64,000 nt of DNA, from positions 1 to 64,000 of the IMG/VR virus record IMGVR_UViG_3300029319_008653. One strand, written 5' to 3'. The notes below the pieces were generated by a model. That model had not been told where the DNA came from. It saw nothing but the letters and a program-made list of their open reading frames with translations, and did no database searches. Both the position numbers and the translations under genes were made by a program. This stretch comes from a virus. Within the stretch, counting starts at the first letter, position 1; the number at the start of each line of letters is the position of its first letter. Shown here in pieces: positions 31,049 to 39,040 of this stretch.

Positions 31049-31686
31049 TGGACACGGTTTGGGATAATGTTGATAAATTTGAGCATCTTATTGCAGATTA
31101 TGCTGGTAGTAATTATGCAATAGCAGTTGATAGCTGTACTAATGCTCTCTTTTTATCGTTAAAATATTGTAAAGATGTCTTAAAGTACAATGATGAGTTT
31201 GTTGAAATACCTAAACGTACTTATATTTCCGTACCAATGCAGGCTATACATGCAGGTTATAAGATAAAATTTTTAGATAAGTCGTGGTCTGGTGCTTATA
31301 AATTAGATAGCTTACCTATAGTTGATTCAGCCCAAAGATTTTGCAGTCAAATGTATGAAGAAGATACTTTTTATTGTCTGTCATTTAATTATAAAAAAAT
31401 ACTTTCAACTGGTAAAGGAGGTATGATTTTAACTAACGATGAATATGCAGCAGAGTGGTTTAAAAGAATGAGGTATGATGGAAGGCCCTCAATATATTAT
31501 AATGATATGTTAAAAATGCCCGTAAAAGAAGTAGGCTATCATATGTATATGACACCTGAACAAGCAGTAACCGGTATACAAAATTTTTATTCTTTAGATA
31601 AAAGTAGAGATAGTGATAGTTCTTGTAGTAAAGATTATAAAGTTGATCTATCTGCCTTAGAATGTTTTAAACATGATATTATTTGA
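31048..31686 (+). CDS. DegT/DnrJ/StrS sugar aminotransferase (short, 212 aa)
   Basis: AVDSCTNALFL, DSAQ, SFNYKKILSTGKGGMI. Confidence 0.85.
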   Translation: MDTVWDNVDKFEHLIADYAGSNYAIAVDSCTNALFLSLKYCKDVLKYNDEFVEIPKRTYISVPMQAIHAGYKIKFLDKSWSGAYKLDSLPIVDSAQRFCSQMYEEDTFYCLSFNYKKILSTGKGGMILTNDEYAAEWFKRMRYDGRPSIYYNDMLKMPVKEVGYHMYMTPEQAVTGIQNFYSLDKSRDSDSSCSKDYKVDLSALECFKHDII

Positions 31687-32638
31687 TACAATAAAATGTT
31701 TTACTAATTGTAAGACCTTATCAGCTGAGGCTAAAAATTATGATAACTTTATAGATTTAGTAAGTTCAAAATATAAAAAAGAAACTCATAACTTTAAAAC
31801 ATACAGTAAGTTTACTATACGAAAAAATTCAATATTAGTAAATCAACGACAATATAATAAGCTTGCTGAAAGAGAAAATACCGGTAATTTAGAATGGCCA
31901 AATTTATTTGAATATAATGATCAATATAGTATAGTTACAGACGGTAAGTTTAAATTAAAAAATAAATTAATTTCATACCTATATAATATATCTGACTGTA
32001 AACCTCACAGTAAAGAATATACTAATCCGAATATAAGATCTCTAGTTTTATATTTTAGAGATGGTAGTTTTGAAGAGTATAGAAATATGGGTAGAGAGTG
32101 TTACGGAGTAGATCACTATGAATTTCTAGCAATATATTATTTTATAAAAAAATATATAGAAGATGGTAAAAGTAAGTTATTTAGCAATATTTTTATAGTT
32201 AGTCAAAATAATAAAATACCAAATTATTTTTATGATATATTTCCAGATATTCAAATTAGAGAAGAATGGGCAGATAAGTTTATAATTAATACATCCATAT
32301 TTGCAAATACAATTCATTTTTGTGGTAATCAATTACCAGAAAATTTTCTTTATAATATACCTATTGTATGTGAATCGTTTAGACAGCAGTATAAATTTAT
32401 TAATAAAATAAAAAATAAAATATTTTTACCTTTCTTTTATTATACTGGATGGGTAGAAGATGATATACATTATATTGATGATAAAGATTTTAATGAACAT
32501 GCTATAACATATAAGGAAATATCAAAAAGTAAAACTCTTAAGAGTGAAAATACTACTGTAGAAAATATATATTTTTATCTTGGTAAAGCAATACAAGAAT
32601 TAGAAAATAAACTTATAGCGGACGAAATATGCGAATAA
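31673..32638 (+). CDS. hypothetical protein
   Basis: 321-aa ORF within the operon. Confidence 0.65.
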   Translation: MILFDTIKCFTNCKTLSAEAKNYDNFIDLVSSKYKKETHNFKTYSKFTIRKNSILVNQRQYNKLAERENTGNLEWPNLFEYNDQYSIVTDGKFKLKNKLISYLYNISDCKPHSKEYTNPNIRSLVLYFRDGSFEEYRNMGRECYGVDHYEFLAIYYFIKKYIEDGKSKLFSNIFIVSQNNKIPNYFYDIFPDIQIREEWADKFIINTSIFANTIHFCGNQLPENFLYNIPIVCESFRQQYKFINKIKNKIFLPFFYYTGWVEDDIHYIDDKDFNEHAITYKEISKSKTLKSENTTVENIYFYLGKAIQELENKLIADEICE

Positions 32639-33462
32639 TAATTTTAGGTAATGGAAATGCAGGTAAGTTTTTATTTGATTATTTTTCAAATAGATTTGAT
32701 AGTGTTATAAACTTAACCAGGAAAGATTTTGACGCTGTTAATATAGATACAAATAAATTTAAAAGTATAATTAAAGAAAATGATGTTGTAATAAACTGTG
32801 TTGGTATCTTAAAACCTAATATTAAAAAGGTAGGTGAATTTACTACATATAAAATTAATGCTATTTTTCCGAATATAATTTATAATATATGTAAGTTTAA
32901 CTCAGCGCATTTTATACATATTTGTTCTGATTGTGTTTATAAAGGAGATGTAGGAAACTATTCTGAGGAAGTACCTCCTGATGCTACAGATATATATGCT
33001 CTTTCTAAAAGTATGGTTAATAGGGGTATAATTTTAAGAACATCATTTATTGGCAGTAAAGGTGGTCTAATGAAGTGGGTTTTAGATAATAAAAATAAAC
33101 AAATTGATGGTTATGAAAACTGTTTATGGAATGGTATTACAACCTTAGAACTTGCTAAGCGTATAAAAGAAATAATAGAATATCAAAATTTTTGGACAGG
33201 TGTAAGGCATCTCCATAATCCTAAAACTATTAGTAAATATGAGCTATGTTGTTTGATTAATAAAATTTATAATTTAAATATATCTATAAGAAACATTAAA
33301 GCTACTGAAATAGAAGGTACTAAAATTAATGGAGTATTAGATAGGTCTCTATCTACTAAATGTAATAATTGGATATCAAATAAAATACCTTGTATAGAGC
33401 AGCAAATAAAAGAGTTATATGAATTTGAAAGTAAACAGTCACAACGAATGGGATCAACTTGA
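32629..33462 (+). CDS. RmlD-like NDP-sugar reductase
   Basis: GNGNAG, INCVG, SDCVY, YALSK, RTSFIG. Confidence 0.82.
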   Translation: MRIIILGNGNAGKFLFDYFSNRFDSVINLTRKDFDAVNIDTNKFKSIIKENDVVINCVGILKPNIKKVGEFTTYKINAIFPNIIYNICKFNSAHFIHICSDCVYKGDVGNYSEEVPPDATDIYALSKSMVNRGIILRTSFIGSKGGLMKWVLDNKNKQIDGYENCLWNGITTLELAKRIKEIIEYQNFWTGVRHLHNPKTISKYELCCLINKIYNLNISIRNIKATEIEGTKINGVLDRSLSTKCNNWISNKIPCIEQQIKELYEFESKQSQRMGST

Positions 33463-34525
33463 AGAAGTTATAGTTGGCGACGGTTTTCCTACTACTCTAC
33501 CTACATTAGATTATTCGTTTAAACTTTTCTTTCATGAAAATATTAGAGATGATAATGGAGCGTATCAATATGGTGATGAATTTATTTCTAAAAGACATGT
33601 TGAAGAACATAAGGAGGATTTAGAAACATTTGTTAATACTCTTAAGAATCTTAATATAATAGTTAAAAGACCTAAAGTACCAAAACGTTTAGAAACCGTT
33701 AAAACTCCATGGTTTGAAAGTAATAATCACCCAGCTCTAAACGTAAGAGATATGGCTATGGTAGTTGGTGATACTATTATTGAATCTCCTCCAACGTGTC
33801 GATATCGTTATTTTGAAAATGATTTTTTAAAACATTTATTTTTAGAATATTTTAAGCAGGGAGGTAAATGGGTACAGGCACCTAAACCTTTAATGTTAGA
33901 TAAAAGTTTTGATCTCTCTTGGATAGATGAAACAACGGGTGAGAGACAAGAATACGAAAAAATCCAAAAATCATCTCATTTTATGGAGTATGGTTTAGAA
34001 ATTATGTTTGATACTGCAAACTGTATGAGACTTGGCAAGCATATTCTAATGAATGTAGGTAATAAAAATCAAGAGCTTGGTGCTAAGTGGTTACAGGATA
34101 CTGTAGGAGATACATATAAAGTTATTACAACAACTATAGCTGATTCTCACATAGACTCTAGCTTTCTACCTCTAAGACCAGGGCTTGCTATTATTACTAA
34201 AGAGTATATAAGAGAAAAACTTCCTAAGGAATTACAAGATTGGGATTTAATTTATATACCTATGCGTGAGAGAACTGAAGAAGAATTCTTAAAGCAAGGA
34301 TTAAGGCTAGCGTCTCCTCGAATAGAATTAAATGTTTTATCAATCTCTCCTGAATTAATTATATGTCATTCACAATATGAAAGTGAGTTAAATAAAGTTC
34401 TTAAAAAATATAATATAGAAGCTCTCGGTACTCCATTTAGACATTGTGAAATATTCGGAGGTGCACATCATTGTACTACGTTAGATATTAGAAGAAAAAG
34501 TAAACTGGAAAATTATTTTGAATAA
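33419..34525 (+). CDS. amidinotransferase (glycine/inosamine-phosphate amidinotransferase family)
   Basis: VNSHNEWDQLEEVIVG, VRD, HIDS, GGAHHCTTLDIRR. Confidence 0.9.
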   Translation: MNLKVNSHNEWDQLEEVIVGDGFPTTLPTLDYSFKLFFHENIRDDNGAYQYGDEFISKRHVEEHKEDLETFVNTLKNLNIIVKRPKVPKRLETVKTPWFESNNHPALNVRDMAMVVGDTIIESPPTCRYRYFENDFLKHLFLEYFKQGGKWVQAPKPLMLDKSFDLSWIDETTGERQEYEKIQKSSHFMEYGLEIMFDTANCMRLGKHILMNVGNKNQELGAKWLQDTVGDTYKVITTTIADSHIDSSFLPLRPGLAIITKEYIREKLPKELQDWDLIYIPMRERTEEEFLKQGLRLASPRIELNVLSISPELIICHSQYESELNKVLKKYNIEALGTPFRHCEIFGGAHHCTTLDIRRKSKLENYFE

Positions 34526-35225
34526 AAACGCTATAACATTTACATCCGATAGTAACTATATGAATTATACTATTAATTTATTAAAATCTATTGAAAAGAA
34601 CTGCAAAGGTATAGAAGTTTATTACAGAGGGGTTAATATTACGTCTGAAGAAGAATATGAATTAAATAAATTTGATATTAATTGTTGCAGAGATAAAAGA
34701 AATTTATCTACAAAGAGAGATTTAATAAAAAGTAAAGATAATCAGTTATTAGTTAATAATAAACCTATTATTAGTCAAATACTCTATAGCGAAGCTATAG
34801 CTTATACGTGTCATAGTAGATTCAAAAATATTAGTTATCTATTAAAAAAAGGATATGATACTATTTTAGCATTAGATGCAGATAGTTATATTAATAAAAA
34901 TATAGATAATCTTTTTGAAAATTATAAACAATATGACTTATGCTCTATACCTGAAGGTAAAGATTTTTTTCGTAACGAGGGCCTACTTTTAATTAATAAT
35001 AGTAAAAATATAAAAAGATTTTTTAAAGAAGTTGAGCGATATCTCTTTAAGCAAGGTCATTTTAAAGAATGGGATAGTGATGGTTATATTATGGAGAAGC
35101 TGCAAAAAATATATAAATTAAATCTTGGTGCGTTAGACCCCCTCTATAAAAGTAAGCCGGATAAAAATGCATATATATGGTCAGGTGATGGGATTATAAA
35201 GCATGAAACAAATATTATCAAATAA
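34518..35225 (+). CDS. GT-A glycosyltransferase-like protein (paralogue 2 of 3)
   Basis: FTSDSNY, LDADSYI, WDSDG, IWSGDG. Confidence 0.7.
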   Translation: MNKNAITFTSDSNYMNYTINLLKSIEKNCKGIEVYYRGVNITSEEEYELNKFDINCCRDKRNLSTKRDLIKSKDNQLLVNNKPIISQILYSEAIAYTCHSRFKNISYLLKKGYDTILALDADSYINKNIDNLFENYKQYDLCSIPEGKDFFRNEGLLLINNSKNIKRFFKEVERYLFKQGHFKEWDSDGYIMEKLQKIYKLNLGALDPLYKSKPDKNAYIWSGDGIIKHETNIIK

Positions 35226-36051
35226 AGAATTTATTTTTACCTGTACAGCAGATAAAAACTATATTGATTTTATATATAGTTTATCAAGCAGTATAAATGC
35301 TAACTGTCCCGATATACCCCTACATATACGTTTAGTAAATATTCATGAAAATGATAAACAAATAATATCTGCCGTTATTAAAGAAAGAAATAAAAATTCA
35401 ATAATTGAATTTGATGATAAAATATTATCTAATAATAGAAAGTATTTTAGAAGTAAGGATGAACTTCTCTATGGTAAATCTATTAATGACTCATTAAAGA
35501 TTAAAAGAAGTAGTAAAACATTTAAGAATGTAAATAATAATTATTTTTTAATGAGTGAGCAGCAGTGCTATACATCGAATACAAGATTTAGAAATATTAT
35601 TAAACTTTTAGAAGATGGCTATAATTACGTAATATATCTTGATGCAGATACTATTGTACGAAAAAATATTTACGATTTGAAAGATATTCTTATATCATAT
35701 GATCTTACATGCAATATAAATGATTGTAAGAGATATTCAAATAATAAGTGTTGGGAGTTAAGCTTTTTAGGAGTAAAAAAATCTAATCGCTCTATTCACT
35801 TTATAAATCAATGTAAAAAATTAGCTGAAAATGATATGCTTGATTGGGATTCAGATCAAAACTCCATTGAAGAAATCTATTCTAATAATTTTAAAGATCT
35901 TACAGTTAATAGTAATATAAAATATATAGAGGATATAGGTCAGCTACATAATAAAGAGCATTTAACAGACAGCTATATATGGGCAGGAAGTGGTTTTAAT
36001 AAAATAAACAATGATAAGTTTATAAATGAGTTAGAAAAATATTATGAATAA
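35203..36051 (+). CDS. GT-A glycosyltransferase-like protein (paralogue 3 of 3)
   Basis: TADKNY, YLDADTIV, WDSDQ, IWAGSG. Confidence 0.7.
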   Translation: MKQILSNKEFIFTCTADKNYIDFIYSLSSSINANCPDIPLHIRLVNIHENDKQIISAVIKERNKNSIIEFDDKILSNNRKYFRSKDELLYGKSINDSLKIKRSSKTFKNVNNNYFLMSEQQCYTSNTRFRNIIKLLEDGYNYVIYLDADTIVRKNIYDLKDILISYDLTCNINDCKRYSNNKCWELSFLGVKKSNRSIHFINQCKKLAENDMLDWDSDQNSIEEIYSNNFKDLTVNSNIKYIEDIGQLHNKEHLTDSYIWAGSGFNKINNDKFINELEKYYE

Positions 36052-36745
36052 TATTAATATATGTTATACAATTAATAATAATAAAAAATATATAGACCTA
36101 ACTTTAGAATCTATATCTTCTATTAAAAAATTCTTTCGTTCTAAAAAGTATAGGTTAAATTTTTTTATTATAAGTGAAGATAAATTAAATGTACCTGATT
36201 ATATTACTAATATTATATCACCTTATAAAGATATACCTCTTATGCATCAAAGAATTTATATATCTGAATTATTAAATGTAGATAGAGTTATTTTTCTTGA
36301 TAGTGATACATATATAACTACCTGTTTATCTAAATTATGGGAAATAGATATGCAAGATAAAATTATTGGTATGTCTCCTCACTATCATATTAATACAATC
36401 AATGAATGTATAGAGTTGTTTGACATTAGAAATGAAGTAAAGGAGTATTCATTTTTATTTAAAGAGCAATATTTTAATGCAGGTGTAGTATTACTAGATT
36501 GTAAGAAGTGGATTAAAAATGATCTAACTAATATTTGTAAAGATTTTTTAAATATTATAAAAGATACAAAGCATTATAAAAATGAAGAGTTTACTTATAA
36601 TATAGCTTTAAGAAATCATATACATGTGTTAGATGAGTTATGGAATTATTTTCCTCGTTCTGATTTTAAACGTCCTAAAATTTTACATTATTATGGAATA
36701 TATAACAAGGATAAACCTAAGCATAACGAAGTATATAGTGGTTAA
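36044..36745 (+). CDS. GT8 glycosyltransferase
   Basis: RVIFLDSD, YFNAGVVLLD, WNY, ILHYYG. Confidence 0.87.
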   Translation: MNNINICYTINNNKKYIDLTLESISSIKKFFRSKKYRLNFFIISEDKLNVPDYITNIISPYKDIPLMHQRIYISELLNVDRVIFLDSDTYITTCLSKLWEIDMQDKIIGMSPHYHINTINECIELFDIRNEVKEYSFLFKEQYFNAGVVLLDCKKWIKNDLTNICKDFLNIIKDTKHYKNEEFTYNIALRNHIHVLDELWNYFPRSDFKRPKILHYYGIYNKDKPKHNEVYSG

Positions 36746-36771
36746 TTAAAACACGTTATATAAATAATTTT

Positions 36772-36969
36772 ATGAATGAAGAAATAGAATATAGTATTAA
36801 AGATCTAAGTGAAAACTTTGAACATTTTAATGTGGATGTAAGTAGTTTTCTTGAAAAAGGAAATAAATCTGCTGCTACTAGAGCACGTAAATCTTTATTA
36901 GAAATATCTAAGCTTTGTAAAGATATAAGAAAGCAAATTCAAGACATAAAGAACAGTAGCGAAGCATAA
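36772..36969 (+). CDS. histone H1-like Hc1-family protein
   Basis: KGNKSAATRARKSLLEISKL; late promoter. Confidence 0.8.
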   Translation: MNEEIEYSIKDLSENFEHFNVDVSSFLEKGNKSAATRARKSLLEISKLCKDIRKQIQDIKNSSEA

Positions 36970-36977
36970 ATAATAAT

Positions 36978-37394
36978 GTGATTTCGTTTAAAATTTTTTA
37001 TGAAAAAAATAAACCTCTAGGTTTAATAGAAACTATAACTTTTGAGGAATTGGGGCCCATTGAAGCTAAAGTAGATAGCGGTAATGGTGCTTATAATGTG
37101 CTGCATGGTCTTAATATTATTGAAGATGATGGCCATGTAACTTTCGATACTGTTAATAATAAAACTCTTAAGAAAAAATTAGTAGAACATATTGATATTA
37201 ATATAGGTTCTGGAAATATAGAAAAAAGACCTGTAGTAAAATTTGATATCGAAATCGGAGATAAAAAATATCCAGGAACAAAGTTCTCTATTGGAGATAG
37301 AGAAGCTAACGAATATAAGATCTTAGTAGGTAAAGGTTTTATTGAAAAGCTTGGAGGTCTTATTGACGTTAACGCAGAAAATAATCTTGATTAA
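36978..37394 (+). CDS. RimK-associated retropepsin-like (putative Zn) protease
   Basis: EAKVDSGN, KRPVV, DR...ILVG. Confidence 0.75.
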   Translation: MISFKIFYEKNKPLGLIETITFEELGPIEAKVDSGNGAYNVLHGLNIIEDDGHVTFDTVNNKTLKKKLVEHIDINIGSGNIEKRPVVKFDIEIGDKKYPGTKFSIGDREANEYKILVGKGFIEKLGGLIDVNAENNLD

Positions 37395-37921
37395 TACCAA
37401 GATGGTTTTTTTGTACCTGTCCAAGTAGCGAATGGTTTATCTTTTCTAATATATTCCTTATACTTTTCTAATGTAGATAGTTTATCAAACTCAGGATTTT
37501 TTCTGCATTCACAGTTATCACTTATAGCAACTGCAAATGGTGTTCTACTTTGTTTAGTAATATTAGTATTATGTATATTATTACCGCACCATTCAATAAA
37601 AGATAAAGTATGATGAGGTTTACTATCGGGCCATCTAAAATCTCTTTCTTTAAACATCCTTAATGTATGATCTACTAACCATTTAAAGTTATCTTTAGAT
37701 TCTCTAGTCCATTTACTACATTGGTGATTAAAATAACCTCTACCACTCTTACGAGGTTTACCAAGTTTAGTACGCGGGCAATCTTTATGATTTAATACTT
37801 CTTGATCAAATGCATGAGCTAACATTATAGCTCCTTCTATTTGCATTTTAGATCTTACATGCTGATCGCAAAGTTCAATTGCTGCTATATCAGGATCATC
37901 ATTAGTACAAAATATATTCAT
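37391..37921 (-). CDS. pyrimidine-dimer glycosylase-like (DenV/Pyr_excise-related) protein
   Basis: MNIF...CDQHV.KM.IE.A.ML, NHQCSKW, KPSWY. Confidence 0.7.
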   Translation of the reverse strand: MNIFCTNDDPDIAAIELCDQHVRSKMQIEGAIMLAHAFDQEVLNHKDCPRTKLGKPRKSGRGYFNHQCSKWTRESKDNFKWLVDHTLRMFKERDFRWPDSKPHHTLSFIEWCGNNIHNTNITKQSRTPFAVAISDNCECRKNPEFDKLSTLEKYKEYIRKDKPFATWTGTKKPSWY

Positions 37922-37942
37922 ACAATGATTATATTCTAGTTC

Positions 37943-38992
37943 CTATCGTAAGCCAGTAGATTCAAATACATCTCTCGCTACACCAGCAGAAAAGCCTCCT
38001 TCTATACCTTTAACAATAACAGATATAGCATTATGACTATGAAGACTTTCATTATGAGAAGCTACAATTTTAAAGTCTTTAATACGAGACTCACTATTAA
38101 GTTTTTCATATAGTAACCTTACAGCATCTTCTACAAACTTAAGAAATGCACCGTTCTTTTCAGCAAAAGCTTGCTCATCTTCTCTCTTAACCATAACTTG
38201 AGTTTCAGTCTGCAAAGCAGCTAAGCATAGTTCTTGAATATCTTCAATCCATAACATATCGTCAAACTTAACACTAACACGAGCTACACTTCTTTGACTA
38301 TGAGGTACAGTAGCGCGATTACGATACTTTTCAGCATGCTCACTTAACTCAAAACTACAAGGACAAGCAGAAGAGTAAACAAAGTCAAAATGAATATATT
38401 TCTTAAACTCACCATCTTTAGTAAGATCACCTTCGAATACAACATCATAATATTGATAGCCTTCTAAACCACTACGTAAACTTTTTTGCTTGATAGGATA
38501 TGAAATCTTAAGCATTATACGAGAATCAAATACTTTAAGATTTTCTTTATAAGTTTCTAATACATCTTTAATTTTATCAATACTAAATATCTCATCTTTA
38601 TGATCATAAAAGCTTCTCATAATACGAGACATATTAATACCTTTCTTATGAGCTTCTAATGATACACTACCAGTTACACTAGTTTCTAATTCAATAGTTT
38701 TACCATCTCTCTTTTTATAATTAAGAGGTAATCTAAAATTATGTATACCAACTTGCTGAATAGGTACAGCTGCACCTTGAATTAAACTAGAAGGACCATT
38801 TTGAAGATCGGGTAGAGAAGATATATATTTTTTATCGGCATTAACATTATCATCATAAACTCTTATAGGAGGAAAATAGCCTTTAGCAAACTCTTCTCCC
38901 ATAATTTCCTTAGCAATAACATCTTTTTCACCAGTTAGTTCATCATCTTCACCTAACCACTCATAACCAGTATCTGAAACTTTTTTACTCAT
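37943..38992 (-). CDS. folE2: GTP cyclohydrolase IB (FolE2)
   Basis: PDLQ, VGI, KGINMSR, SACPCS, PHSQRS, KREDE, FVEDAVR, ESLHSHNA. Confidence 0.93.
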   Translation of the reverse strand: MSKKVSDTGYEWLGEDDELTGEKDVIAKEIMGEEFAKGYFPPIRVYDDNVNADKKYISSLPDLQNGPSSLIQGAAVPIQQVGIHNFRLPLNYKKRDGKTIELETSVTGSVSLEAHKKGINMSRIMRSFYDHKDEIFSIDKIKDVLETYKENLKVFDSRIMLKISYPIKQKSLRSGLEGYQYYDVVFEGDLTKDGEFKKYIHFDFVYSSACPCSFELSEHAEKYRNRATVPHSQRSVARVSVKFDDMLWIEDIQELCLAALQTETQVMVKREDEQAFAEKNGAFLKFVEDAVRLLYEKLNSESRIKDFKIVASHNESLHSHNAISVIVKGIEGGFSAGVARDVFESTGLR

Positions 38993-39040
38993 ACCTCTAT
39001 TATATAGTATTAGACTAAAAAATCAATAAATAAAATTGAT

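Noticed and set aside
33419-34525. Amidinotransferase converting preQ0 to archaeosine
   Set aside because: Its motifs are those of the Arg-dependent glycine/inosamine family, not ArcS, Gat-QueC or QueF-L, and its context is sugar enzymes
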